The position numbers were made by a program, and so were the translations under genes. DNA of 64,000 bases from a virus (Duplodnaviria; Caudoviricetes), in IMG/VR virus record IMGVR_UViG_3300042393_000497, positions 3,783 to 67,782 of that record; one strand, given 5' to 3'. Below are positions 25,834 through 36,464 of this stretch, in pieces. Position 1 is the first letter of the stretch; every line of letters starts with the position of its first letter. The notes beneath the pieces were generated by a model that was given only the letters and a program-made list of their open reading frames with translations, made no database searches and was not told the origin of the DNA.

Positions 25834-26232
25834 ATGAAAAAACAAATCAATCAAGTAAAGGAATTTAACGATGCATTTAAATTGCCTTATTCAAACAGTC
25901 CAGTATTAATTGACCTAAAAATGCAAGAGTTAAGAGTAAATCTTCTAAATGAGGAAATAGAAGAATACGCTGTAGCAAATAGTTCGGGTAATTTAGTAGA
26001 AGTAGCAGACGCTGCTGCTGATATTTTGTATTTAGCATTTGGATTAGTAATTCAACATGGACTTCAGGATATAATTGAAAATGTATTTGACGCTGTACAA
26101 GCATCTAACATGAGTAAGTTGGGTTCTGATGGACATCCTATATACCGAGAAGATGGAAAAGTAATTAAAGGTCCAGGCTTCTTTACACCAACAAAGACAA
26201 TTGAGTTAGAGTTAGAAAAGGGAGGTTGTTAG
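25834..26232 (+). CDS. MazG/PRA-PH-like NTP pyrophosphohydrolase
   Basis: LLNEEIEEY..EVADAAADILY..SNMSK; likely start 25834. Confidence 0.85.
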   Translation: MKKQINQVKEFNDAFKLPYSNSPVLIDLKMQELRVNLLNEEIEEYAVANSSGNLVEVADAAADILYLAFGLVIQHGLQDIIENVFDAVQASNMSKLGSDGHPIYREDGKVIKGPGFFTPTKTIELELEKGGC

Positions 26233-26248
26233 CCTCCCCTTTTTTTTT
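26220..26248. terminator. terminator at convergence of the + and - arms
   Basis: GGGAGG/CCTCCC stem plus T9. Confidence 0.8.
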
Positions 26249-29200
26249 ATTTATTCTCTCTTATATATTTAACATACTCTATTGCAGTAGGCTCATCAAT
26301 TACATTTAATTCAACTAAAAGATTCATTGTTTTTGTATCTATATTATCTCTGTTGTTGGTTAAATCTCCAAATCTTTCATAAAGTGCAATTGCTCTAGCT
26401 CTTCCTGGAGAAGCCTTCTTAACATCTTTTAAGAAAGCAACTTTTTCTTCTATTACGTTTTTAAGAGTTTCTTCTATTCCTTTTTCTATAACTCCATATG
26501 TACTCATGTCTTTTTCATACAAATTATACATATAGTTTCTAAATTCTTTTTTCAATAAACTAGCTGCCTTGTAATCTTTATTAGTCATTAAATCTACAAG
26601 TGGCTCAATATAAGTTTCTTTTATTTCTTCTCTTGCAGATTCTATCTTCTCTTCCTCTTTAGCAACTTCTTTTTCATATCCATCAATACCCTTTTCTTTT
26701 AATATATTTACATATTTTTCAACATACTCTAATTGATGATTCATTTCAACATCTTTTCTAAACAATTCAGCCTCTTCATCACTAGGTATTTTATAATATT
26801 GATCTCTCTCTTCTTGAGTCATTGACTTATTGATAGGAATAGCTGAAGACTCTTGTATTTGCTTAATTCTGTCCTCGTATTTAAGCATACTTGTTTCATT
26901 TATTGTTCCTAATAAAATTGAAACTCTATCTCCAAATTTATAATTATCATTAAACATAGTAACTGCTCTCATCGTTAGCATAGCTAATTTATCTGTTGGA
27001 GCATTGGTAAATGTTTCTACACCAGCTAACACTTGTCTAAACATAGAATACTGGTCTTTTTCGTCAAACATTTTTTTAACAGTTCTTGTTGTAGCTCCAA
27101 GAGTAGGACTTAATTGATTTAATATTCTAAATATTCTATCGTTTGTTTTTTCATTTCTATTAATCTTAGATAATCCAACAGCAGAAGGAAAAGTCTCTCT
27201 AAATATTTCATTTTTAGCTATAGACATTGATTTTCCAATAAATCCAAATTGAGTTAAAAAGTCATCAGCTACCGCATTTATTTTTTCTGCTGGCTTACTA
27301 TTATCTCCTTGAGAAGACTTATCATCATCTCCTTTAGGAAGAAGAGCTTTTGAAAGGTTAAACATTACTGCTGCACCTATTCCAAAATAAGCTGCTTTTT
27401 TGTAATTCTCAACTTTATTTTCTTTACTCTTCAAAGCATCTCTAAGAAACTCTATTGAAGTAGATCCGTTTTGAATAGAAGGTCCTAAGAACGCAGATAA
27501 TCCAAGCGTTCTATATAAAGGATTAGATACATATCTTCCAACATATGCTTTTTTAGAAGATGCTTGAGTTTTTTCAGCTATATTAAACATCTTAATCATA
27601 GCTTCGTCTTCTGCTTTTGCTTTAGATTCAGACTCACTCATACCTTCAGATTTATATTTTCTCAATAGTTTTTCATATTCTAAACCAAAAACACCATGTC
27701 CTCCTATAGAAATTGCATAAGCATCTGCAACAGCTGTTAAAACTAATCCATCAGAAACTAATGAAGAAGTGTAGTCTGAACCTAAAACCCCTTTTCCTTC
27801 TGACATTAATTTTATTGTTTCTGAATCAATGTCATGGCCAGATTTGTTAATTCTATCATAAAATAAAGGATGATTTAATACCATGTTATAGTATTTTTCT
27901 GCTAACTTTCTATTTTCTTTTCCTTTTCTAAATGTTAATTCTCTATATCTTTTTACATCAGCAGCCTCCAAAGAAGCAGAAAAGCTAAACCCACCAGATA
28001 ATTGACCAACAGCAGATATTGGACTAAATACTAATTGAATACCATTTTTTATAGAAGTAAACTTAGCGGATCCTTTAAAAGAATTAATTGCTGCATTAAA
28101 TTCAGAACGACCTGTAATTATAGCTAATGATTTTTCTTCAGCTCTTTTAACCCATTCTTCTCCAAAGTTTTTAATTAAAACCTTTCTATTTACTTCTCCA
28201 TTAAATAAAGTATTCATATTGTCTAAAACCATATGACCTTCAGTAAATAAAGCAACATTTTTTGCGTACCCTTTATAGACATCTACAAATGGTTTGTATA
28301 TTAATCTACCTCCCTCTCTTTTAGAATATAAATTTCCAAACAATAAAGTCTCTTTAGAGTTATTATAATCTCTAAATTGCTTTAAAGTGTCTATTGCTCC
28401 TTCAGCCATTGGTTCTACAGCGGATGGAACGTAAGGAATTTCTTCTGGAATATTTTTTCCATAGAATTTTTCCAAGACTTCAGCATATGTTGTTTTATCT
28501 GAATCAAGATATTTTTCAGGCATAATAGTATCTTTTCCAGACGCATCTAATGCTTCATTAAGTTTTGGCAACATTTCAGCGTATAATCCTGGAAGACTAT
28601 CCGCTACTTGTTTTAATTTAGGATTATTATTTACATGGTCAATAACTTTTTTAACGTCTTCAATTGTATGGCCATCATTTATGAATTTTCTAATATTCAT
28701 TGGATTTCTCAATTCGTTATACAACTGTACAACATGAGCGTCAGACATTTTGTCTAATGTATTAATTCCATTTGAATCAGTTATAACTAAATCAGTTTCT
28801 GTTAAAAAAGTATTTTCATAAGTTCCTTTTTCTTTTTTATTTTTTTCAGTTCTTATCTTTTTTGCTATTTCAGATTCCCAAACCTGAGTTACAGAAGTAT
28901 ATTCTTTTTTAGTTCTTCCAAATGTAGTATCAATTACTTTATTTAAAGACCTTACAAATTTTCCGTAAGATAATTGACTTCTATTCTCAACAGACTCTAG
29001 TGGTTGAATAGCGTGTTTATTCAAGAAATCAGAAGAAGCCTCATCAAAAATTAAGTCTTGATAAACAGCTTTAACTCCAGATATATTTGAAATTTGTTTT
29101 TTAATAAACCTATAAGAAGATCCAAATAATGCTTTTTTTATCTCTCCATTTTTTAGATTTATGAAAAACGAATTTGAATTGTTGTATTGGCTCTGAGCTT

Positions 29201-32200
29201 TTTGTTCAGTACTTGGAACAACTATTAACTCTCCATCAAATTCTCCTGGCATATTTTCTTTTACATACTTCAAATCAGAAGGTAAGTATGTCTTACCATC
29301 TACAATTACAACATTTCCTTTTTCAAGTTCGCTTGCTAAGTTATATCTTCCTGTTTCTATATCTCCAGTTTTTCTTGAAACAATTACTGGAATCTCCTCA
29401 TTAATATTTCTCTTAACTAAATCTTGCTGTTGCTTTATAGACTTTCTTCCTGCCTTACCATTATTAATTATATCGTTTATCTGATTATTAATATCGGTTA
29501 ATTGCTGAATATCTAAAGTTTCAAAATTAACTCCTTTGTATCCATCAAGAAACTTAATTAAGTTTTCTTTGGCTTCAGCAGTTATCTTGCTGTTTTTAAT
29601 TTTAGCTTCAGATTTATATAGAATAGATTTCGGATCAATTGCTTCCTTAATCTTTGCTATTAGATTCTTTTTGGTTGATGCCGATATATCTTTAGAAGCA
29701 GAATCAACTATATCATTAATTCTTTGTACTTGTTTAAGAAAATTATTTGGATTTAATTGTCTTATAGCAGTAGTTATTTGAGAATTATATTTATTAGGAA
29801 AATTTTTAGGCATAACAGATCTAGCATAATCAATTAAATCATTCTTAGCTTGATTAAATGCTTTATTCGCTTCTGCACTACCTGCTCTAAATCCTTTTGC
29901 TTTAGCATCAACTACAGCTTGTTTCATTTTCTCTACACCATCTTTTATCTTTTGTTTTAGTGCAGTTACTTCTTCGCTATTTTTAGCAGCTTGTTTCTCT
30001 AATGCTTCTTTCTTCTCAATCTTTCCTACTTCTCTTTCAGCAGCTATTACATCTTTAGCCTGGCCTTTTAAGTCAGAGATTTCTTCTTTTGCATCTGATA
30101 GTTTTTGCTCTTTATTGATATTCTCTAAAGCATATTTCTTAAACTCATTTTCTCTTACAGCATATCCTTTTTCTTTTAAGAATTTATATCCTTCAGCAAT
30201 TGCTTCAGCTAATGATTTTCCTCCTTTATAAGCAGCTCTAACTATTTTTAATCCGCTGTTAGCAGCCATTAATGGTATACCCAAAGTAGCATCGTAAGCC
30301 TTTCCTTTTGTGCTTGTTGCTTCAATAGCTCTATCTAATGCATTTAGTATTTTATCGTTTTGCTCTTTTCTATATTGATTAGCTAAATCTTCAGCATCAC
30401 TAAGTCTTTTAGCATCTTTAGATTCTTTTATAGATTTAAACTCATCAATAGCTTCGGTTCTAGCTTTCTCATCCTTAACTCCTACATATTTACCTTCAGG
30501 ATTCTTTTGAGACACAGAGAACTCTCCATTTGGCTTCTGAGTAACAACAAACTCTTTTTCCCGTAATGGGAACACTAATCTATTTTGTTTTTCAGATTCT
30601 TTCGCAGCAGTTTCTAGCAAATCTTTTTCAACTTGAGCTGTTTCCGCATCAAGTTCTTTTTGCATTTGCTCAATCTCCTCTAAAGACTTAGCCTCAAATT
30701 CTTGTTTTTCTTTTACTCTGTCTAGTCTTTGTTCTCTCTTAACTTCTTTTGCAGTCTTAACTGGTTCAGCAGTTTCTTTTCCTTCAACTGTTAATGGTAA
30801 TGTAGTTTCTTTAGCAGGTTTTTGAAGTTCAATGTCTTTCAATATTCTTTCTGCTTTTGCTCCTCTAAATGACCTTTGTAGTCCTGTTTCATTTTCTTTA
30901 AGAACAATTACAGACTCTCCCTTTTTAGGTCTTCTTTGTCTAACAAAAGTATACTCTTTTCCATCTACAGTTAGAATGCCTGGTTTCTCTCCTAAAGTAA
31001 CAGGCTCAGTTCTCATTCCTTCTGGTGGGAATGTAGACATATCGTAGGAAGCTATAGATTCATTTCCTACTTCGTGTATATTTCCTAATTCATTTATATA
31101 TCCATCAGAGGTTCTAAACACATATTGCTGACCTTCAATCTCCAACATCCCTTCCTTTCCATTGCTGTATATCTTCTCTCCTAAGTTGTCAGCTAATGTA
31201 CCCTCTTCTTCTGCTCTGTTTACCTCTTCTTTTAATGCTTCTATTTCATCAGCAGGAATCTCAATTATCTCTTCTTGTGGTTTAGCAACAGGTTTAACTT
31301 CCTCTGTTTTAGGTTTTCCTGCCTCAGACTCAGCTTGAGTTTTAGCTTCTTTTGCCGCATTAATTGCAGCTACTTCTTCATTGTGTATTTTTATAGCTCT
31401 TCTTGATATTTCACTATCATCAAACTTAAACTCAGTCTGACCTTTTTCTTTGGCTTCTTGAGTAAGTTGTCTCATAGCTCTATCCTTTAAGTCTTGTACT
31501 CTCTTAGGATTGTTTAATTGCTCTAAAGTAACACTAGGGCCTTGCTTAATAATATTTTGTCTTCTTTGCTCTATCTCTTTAAACTCTTTCGCTAAATCAT
31601 CTAACAGTTCTTGTTTAGATTCTTTAGTACCAGTATCGTCTAATTTAATTTCCTCTGCTTTCTTTCTTAGCTTTGCTTGTCTTTTAGTTATTGCACTAAT
31701 TTCACTTAGTTGATTATTAGATATTGATTTAATATTCTCTACTTGTTTTTTAACTAACTTGTCAAAATTTTCTTTTTCTTTAATATAAGCCTCTTTAGTT
31801 TCTTGCTTCATTAAATCGCTCAATGAAGGATCTCTTAACTGAGATTCTAATTTAACTAATTTATCAGATGATTTTTGTATTCTAGTTTCTGTACTAAATG
31901 GCTTAACAAAAGAAGCAGCAAAAGTATGCGAAACTACTGGAAGAATAAGACCTAACGAAGTAGCTGTTGCCCAAGAGTCTACTAATCCATCAGTTATTTG
32001 AACATCTTCTTTTCCTGCTCCATATTTCTCAAGAATGTTTTTACTAATAGTAATACCTGTAAACCAAGCATTAGATTTTACAGTTCCAAACACAAGGTCT
32101 TTTCCTAAAGGCTTCCAAAAACCTTCTGCCATTATTTGTCTTTCTGCTGTAGTTCCAGAGTTAATAACTCTAGAAGCTCCCTTAAATAAATTAGATTCTA

Positions 32201-33830
32201 ACAATGCTTGTCCAGAGTCAATTAATCCATGTCCTAATGGAACTGTAGCCATTTGAAAATCACTATAATTAGCAACTCCTTCTTCCATTTCTCTTTGCAT
32301 ATTAGCATATGCATTACCTGTAGATGATATGCCAATAGCAGCAATACCTCCAGGCCCAGTCATTGCAGCACCAAGTATAGGAGCTTGAGTAGCTAACATA
32401 CTATTTCTAAGCCAATCTCCAAAAGATTCAAGACTATTAATTGATTTTAATTCAGTTGGCTTTGCAACTCCTTGTCTTGCTTCTTCTGCTTCTGCTCTTA
32501 AATCTCCTGCAACTGCATCAGTAAATGAAGAAATCATTTTATCAGAATCAACAGTTTTTAAAGGGTCTTCTATTCCAATAGCATCAAACAAATTTGACTT
32601 CATGTTTAATCCATAAGAAATACCACTAAAAAGACCAGCGTCTATTTCTTTAATTGATGCTTTAAGATTTTGATAGAAATTATTTGCCCAGTTATAATCT
32701 CTTCCAAATATATCTAAGTTTTCAGATGCAGTTCCAAGTTTTTCTTGAGTGTTCAAAAACTTATCGTAGCCTGTAGTTGCTTCTACTAGCATTTGATTAT
32801 ATTCCTTTGTTTTTTGCTGTATATCAATACTCATTTCTTGAGACAAAGGGATTTTGTTTTTAGTCAAATCATTAGCCTTGACTATTAATTCATTTAAGTT
32901 AGCAAGTTTTACTTCTAAAGCAGGTCTTAGAATATTCTGTTTTTCTAATTCAATCTTGTTTTCTTCTTGTAGAGAATTATATTCAACTGCTTGAAATCTT
33001 TGTAGTTTATCTTTTTCAGATAACCCCATATTATCAACATTCGTTTGAGCTGTCTTTAAAAAACTTTTTTGTTTGTTTTCTTTCAATAAATCAAGCTCTT
33101 CTTTTATTCTTATTTGTTTTGCTCTTTCATTAATAGATTCATTTGTTATTGGAGTAGGTATCTTTTTTTGTGCCTTAGCTTCTTCTTGTTCTATTAACAA
33201 TTCTTTTTTTGCTTCTTTTTTTTCTTTAGAGAATGGATCTGTAGCAGCAACAGATGCATTCATTCCAGTAGGTTTAGCAGCATATCCTTTTCCTGGAATA
33301 ACTGATGGAAGAGTAAAAAATCTTTCTTTAAATAAAGCCTCAGCTACATTTGCAAATCTTTTTACATTATTCCAAACACCTTCGGAGTTCCATTCATCTT
33401 CTACTGTTTGTGTTTTTTTTTGTTTTTCTTCTTCAGAAATGTTTCCAGCAGCAATAAAGTTATCTGCTCTAGTACTCATCTCTTGATAGTACGGAGATGT
33501 TTTTAGCTTAGACAAATTCCAAGCCATAGTTCCTTCTGCATATTTTGGTTCTTCTACAGCAGGCTTAGTTGTTTTTGGTGGTTTAGTTGTACCATTTGAA
33601 GTACCCGAAACCTGTGCTTTTTGAGGTTCTGCGTAAGCCGATAAAGATTGTGAAAGAGTTGGAGGTGTACTTGAATCCCATGGTGCTCTTAGTGAAGATG
33701 ATGAAGCAGATTCTTTTTTTTTTTTAGTTTCCTCATTCTCAGTAATACCTAGTATTTCAGATGGACTTGGCAATTTATTAGATTCTCCTAATATATCGTT
33801 TGGACTTGGAAGTTTTCTTGGTTGTAGCAT
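26247..33830 (-). CDS. giant internal virion/DNA-ejection protein (2527 aa)
   Basis: Last gene of the virion operon after two ejection-like ORFs; coiled-coil rich with Gly/Ala hydrophobic segments; no catalytic motif recognised. Confidence 0.6.
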   Translation of the reverse strand: MLQPRKLPSPNDILGESNKLPSPSEILGITENEETKKKKESASSSSLRAPWDSSTPPTLSQSLSAYAEPQKAQVSGTSNGTTKPPKTTKPAVEEPKYAEGTMAWNLSKLKTSPYYQEMSTRADNFIAAGNISEEEKQKKTQTVEDEWNSEGVWNNVKRFANVAEALFKERFFTLPSVIPGKGYAAKPTGMNASVAATDPFSKEKKEAKKELLIEQEEAKAQKKIPTPITNESINERAKQIRIKEELDLLKENKQKSFLKTAQTNVDNMGLSEKDKLQRFQAVEYNSLQEENKIELEKQNILRPALEVKLANLNELIVKANDLTKNKIPLSQEMSIDIQQKTKEYNQMLVEATTGYDKFLNTQEKLGTASENLDIFGRDYNWANNFYQNLKASIKEIDAGLFSGISYGLNMKSNLFDAIGIEDPLKTVDSDKMISSFTDAVAGDLRAEAEEARQGVAKPTELKSINSLESFGDWLRNSMLATQAPILGAAMTGPGGIAAIGISSTGNAYANMQREMEEGVANYSDFQMATVPLGHGLIDSGQALLESNLFKGASRVINSGTTAERQIMAEGFWKPLGKDLVFGTVKSNAWFTGITISKNILEKYGAGKEDVQITDGLVDSWATATSLGLILPVVSHTFAASFVKPFSTETRIQKSSDKLVKLESQLRDPSLSDLMKQETKEAYIKEKENFDKLVKKQVENIKSISNNQLSEISAITKRQAKLRKKAEEIKLDDTGTKESKQELLDDLAKEFKEIEQRRQNIIKQGPSVTLEQLNNPKRVQDLKDRAMRQLTQEAKEKGQTEFKFDDSEISRRAIKIHNEEVAAINAAKEAKTQAESEAGKPKTEEVKPVAKPQEEIIEIPADEIEALKEEVNRAEEEGTLADNLGEKIYSNGKEGMLEIEGQQYVFRTSDGYINELGNIHEVGNESIASYDMSTFPPEGMRTEPVTLGEKPGILTVDGKEYTFVRQRRPKKGESVIVLKENETGLQRSFRGAKAERILKDIELQKPAKETTLPLTVEGKETAEPVKTAKEVKREQRLDRVKEKQEFEAKSLEEIEQMQKELDAETAQVEKDLLETAAKESEKQNRLVFPLREKEFVVTQKPNGEFSVSQKNPEGKYVGVKDEKARTEAIDEFKSIKESKDAKRLSDAEDLANQYRKEQNDKILNALDRAIEATSTKGKAYDATLGIPLMAANSGLKIVRAAYKGGKSLAEAIAEGYKFLKEKGYAVRENEFKKYALENINKEQKLSDAKEEISDLKGQAKDVIAAEREVGKIEKKEALEKQAAKNSEEVTALKQKIKDGVEKMKQAVVDAKAKGFRAGSAEANKAFNQAKNDLIDYARSVMPKNFPNKYNSQITTAIRQLNPNNFLKQVQRINDIVDSASKDISASTKKNLIAKIKEAIDPKSILYKSEAKIKNSKITAEAKENLIKFLDGYKGVNFETLDIQQLTDINNQINDIINNGKAGRKSIKQQQDLVKRNINEEIPVIVSRKTGDIETGRYNLASELEKGNVVIVDGKTYLPSDLKYVKENMPGEFDGELIVVPSTEQKAQSQYNNSNSFFINLKNGEIKKALFGSSYRFIKKQISNISGVKAVYQDLIFDEASSDFLNKHAIQPLESVENRSQLSYGKFVRSLNKVIDTTFGRTKKEYTSVTQVWESEIAKKIRTEKNKKEKGTYENTFLTETDLVITDSNGINTLDKMSDAHVVQLYNELRNPMNIRKFINDGHTIEDVKKVIDHVNNNPKLKQVADSLPGLYAEMLPKLNEALDASGKDTIMPEKYLDSDKTTYAEVLEKFYGKNIPEEIPYVPSAVEPMAEGAIDTLKQFRDYNNSKETLLFGNLYSKREGGRLIYKPFVDVYKGYAKNVALFTEGHMVLDNMNTLFNGEVNRKVLIKNFGEEWVKRAEEKSLAIITGRSEFNAAINSFKGSAKFTSIKNGIQLVFSPISAVGQLSGGFSFSASLEAADVKRYRELTFRKGKENRKLAEKYYNMVLNHPLFYDRINKSGHDIDSETIKLMSEGKGVLGSDYTSSLVSDGLVLTAVADAYAISIGGHGVFGLEYEKLLRKYKSEGMSESESKAKAEDEAMIKMFNIAEKTQASSKKAYVGRYVSNPLYRTLGLSAFLGPSIQNGSTSIEFLRDALKSKENKVENYKKAAYFGIGAAVMFNLSKALLPKGDDDKSSQGDNSKPAEKINAVADDFLTQFGFIGKSMSIAKNEIFRETFPSAVGLSKINRNEKTNDRIFRILNQLSPTLGATTRTVKKMFDEKDQYSMFRQVLAGVETFTNAPTDKLAMLTMRAVTMFNDNYKFGDRVSILLGTINETSMLKYEDRIKQIQESSAIPINKSMTQEERDQYYKIPSDEEAELFRKDVEMNHQLEYVEKYVNILKEKGIDGYEKEVAKEEEKIESAREEIKETYIEPLVDLMTNKDYKAASLLKKEFRNYMYNLYEKDMSTYGVIEKGIEETLKNVIEEKVAFLKDVKKASPGRARAIALYERFGDLTNNRDNIDTKTMNLLVELNVIDEPTAIEYVKYIRENK

Positions 33831-33836
33831 AATTTA

Positions 33837-35441
33837 CTATTGAACTTTTATTTTACCTGATTTAACCGCTTCGTTTATTTGTGACTGAGTCCAACCTGCG
33901 CTTATCCATTCGCTATTTGATGCGGTAGGAGTACTTGAACTTTCATTATAATTCATTGCTTTTCTAAGAGAATTTTCATTTGTTATTTTAACATTGTTTA
34001 TAGTAGCGTTGTCTTTTTTCAATTTACTTACAATATAACTTACTACAGACTCCCCAATATTTTGGACAAATCTTTTTCTTTCTTCTCCTCCTTGAGCCAT
34101 GCTTAACTCTAGTTGCTCTTTCTTTTCAAGAAATGCTCTACGATCTGATGGAGGAACATCCTCTATTGCATCATTTAAAATATCAAATACACTTCCATTT
34201 TTAGCTTTATATGTAGTAGATTTAGTATCAACATAACTTCCTTCAACAACCCATCTACCTTGTTTATCAATAACTATATTTTGAATGGTTGGATTTGATG
34301 CAATACCAACTTTTTTACCACCTTCAAACAATGTTAATGTTTTTAATACAAACTCATTCTTCTTGTTGGTAGGATCAGTTAAAGTTAATCCATCACTTAA
34401 AGCTCCTGTTCCATAGTCAAGCTCTGTCTTTCCAACTTTTATTGTAAACGAACCAGATGGATCAAATGTTCCAACACTAAGTTTGTTCTTGTCTTTATCT
34501 CCATCTCCATCAGCTTTTTGATTAACTTGCTGTACTTTTCGATACTCAGGATACATATTTAATAACTGGTCTTCAGCAAATTTCTGTAAAGTAACTATTT
34601 CTGTATCTGAAAAATTATCTTTTTTAGGACCAGTCCTTTGATTGTCTGGGAGTGTTTGTTGGTATTGAGACCAAAGATTAGCTCTTGTATTATAATCAGA
34701 AACCCAAGAAGCAGACTCTTGTTTTGCGGCAGCTAATAATGAATCTCCTTTTTCTTTTGTAGTTACAAAAAGACCTCCCTTTAATTTTTCTATTTCATCT
34801 TGTTTTTGTATATCGAAAAAAGTTTTTTTCTTTTCTTGAATATCTACCTTTAAAGGCATTTTATCAAAGGCATCTGAAACAATATCCATAGGATTTAAAT
34901 ACTCCTTTACATTTCCAGTTAATGAATCTGTATAGAAATATTTAGTAATTCCTTTATCATCAATAGCTGGCCTTACATTTTCAAGTCCTTTAAACACTTC
35001 TGGATTATAAAATTCAGGCATATAGTCATCTTTCTTATCTGTAACTGTCTTTACCTTTTCTTTTATAGCTGTTGCAGTAGTGTTTAATAATGCAATATCT
35101 TGATTTCCTCTTGACAAGGCATTGTCGTAATCTACACGAGAAATTTGATTGTTTTCTAATTTTTTAGCTAAAGAATATATTCTATCTCTATGCTGTACAA
35201 CTAAAGACTGTGCTGGGTTATCAATATTCGCATACCCACTTCCATTGTAAACATTTAAATCTTTTAAGTCTTTTAATCTATCTGCTTTTGCTTTTGCAGC
35301 TGCCTCTGCTTTATCTTGAGCTAATTTAGCTTTTATCGCATCATCTTTTATTACATCATCTATAGCTCCATATGCCATTTTACCATAATCAACGATACCG
35401 CCTTCTACGGTTGCATATGCATTTACTTTACCTATTGCCAT
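33837..35441 (-). CDS. internal virion/ejection protein
   Basis: Position between small and giant ejection-like genes; helical. Confidence 0.55.
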   Translation of the reverse strand: MAIGKVNAYATVEGGIVDYGKMAYGAIDDVIKDDAIKAKLAQDKAEAAAKAKADRLKDLKDLNVYNGSGYANIDNPAQSLVVQHRDRIYSLAKKLENNQISRVDYDNALSRGNQDIALLNTTATAIKEKVKTVTDKKDDYMPEFYNPEVFKGLENVRPAIDDKGITKYFYTDSLTGNVKEYLNPMDIVSDAFDKMPLKVDIQEKKKTFFDIQKQDEIEKLKGGLFVTTKEKGDSLLAAAKQESASWVSDYNTRANLWSQYQQTLPDNQRTGPKKDNFSDTEIVTLQKFAEDQLLNMYPEYRKVQQVNQKADGDGDKDKNKLSVGTFDPSGSFTIKVGKTELDYGTGALSDGLTLTDPTNKKNEFVLKTLTLFEGGKKVGIASNPTIQNIVIDKQGRWVVEGSYVDTKSTTYKAKNGSVFDILNDAIEDVPPSDRRAFLEKKEQLELSMAQGGEERKRFVQNIGESVVSYIVSKLKKDNATINNVKITNENSLRKAMNYNESSSTPTASNSEWISAGWTQSQINEAVKSGKIKVQ

Positions 35442-35444
35442 AAC

Positions 35445-36044
35445 CTATATGTATTTTGAAGTATTAAAAGTATATCCTAAAGAATCATTACTAATATTTG
35501 TGTTTCCAGGATTAAAAGAACTTCCATTACTAGTAGCGTTAGCAGCACCATATGCTCTTAATCCACCCATAGCAGATTGAGCAATTCCACCAAGTCCTGC
35601 TTGGAACATTTGATTTCCTTGATTAATTTGAGATGATAATGCAGCAACATCAGATCTATATCTTTGCTCTGTCATTCCTTGAATATTCATTTGAGCAGCA
35701 GCTCTTGCCTGGTCTAATTCTTTTTGCTGTCTATCTAAGTCAGCAGCAATTTGTTGGTTCATCAATTGATTTTGTGATTGAACAGCTCCAACACCACCAA
35801 CAACACCTCTAACACCTGCTCCTTGCAATGCTTGTACGCTAGTAGCAGATAATCTAGCAGCTTCTTGTCTTTGCAAGTCAGCTCCCAAAGTAGATACTTG
35901 CATATCTTCAAAAGGATTTACTAAGTTTGGAATTGGAAGATTATTTAATGCATTTTGCGCACTTTTTGCAGCCTCTGCTCCAGATATTGCCTGGTAAGCT
36001 GAAGCCGCTCCTCCTATTAATGCTATTGATGTTGCTACTCCCAT
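35445..36044 (-). CDS. ejection protein (T7 gp14-like)
   Basis: N-terminal hydrophobic ALIGGAASAYQAISG; Gln/Ala/Gly-rich. Confidence 0.65.
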   Translation of the reverse strand: MGVATSIALIGGAASAYQAISGAEAAKSAQNALNNLPIPNLVNPFEDMQVSTLGADLQRQEAARLSATSVQALQGAGVRGVVGGVGAVQSQNQLMNQQIAADLDRQQKELDQARAAAQMNIQGMTEQRYRSDVAALSSQINQGNQMFQAGLGGIAQSAMGGLRAYGAANATSNGSSFNPGNTNISNDSLGYTFNTSKYI

Positions 36045-36445
36045 ATACTTTTTATCATTTCAGTTGTATTAATACCAGCTTTTTTAAAGCCACATTCTAA
36101 GTATTTGTTCATTAAGTTTTCGTTTTTTAATGATGAATATATTACTTTAAAGTTATTTTCTTTTGCTAAGTTAGTTAATTCTTCTATTAAAAAAGTTAAA
36201 CTTTCTTTTCTAACCTTTTTATCTTTCACTTCAGGATTACTTACAATAAATTCAATCCAAGCTATAGGACTATTTGTTGCATATAAAAAACCTGCACAAA
36301 TCATATTATCATTTTCATCAGTAACTACTAATCCAGATAGTCCATTATTAGGAAGTATATCTTGTGTTGGAGGGAAAAATCTCCAAAACTTCCACCACTC
36401 TACTAAAGTAGCATAGTCATCATTGCTTATCCATCTGATTTTCAT
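36035..36445 (-). CDS. GNAT-fold acetyltransferase-like virion protein (T7 gp13 position)
   Basis: ICAGFLYATNSPIAWIEFIVSN..YLECGF; promoter TACCTTTG at 36451-58 suggests start 36445. Confidence 0.65.
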   Translation of the reverse strand: MKIRWISNDDYATLVEWWKFWRFFPPTQDILPNNGLSGLVVTDENDNMICAGFLYATNSPIAWIEFIVSNPEVKDKKVRKESLTFLIEELTNLAKENNFKVIYSSLKNENLMNKYLECGFKKAGINTTEMIKSIWE

Positions 36446-36464
36446 AATCACAAAGGTAATGCTT

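Noticed and set aside
29174-33486. Plus-strand ORFs inside the giant gene, and similar antisense ORFs across the window
   Set aside because: Shadow ORFs opposite long genes, with Ser/Phe/Leu-biased composition
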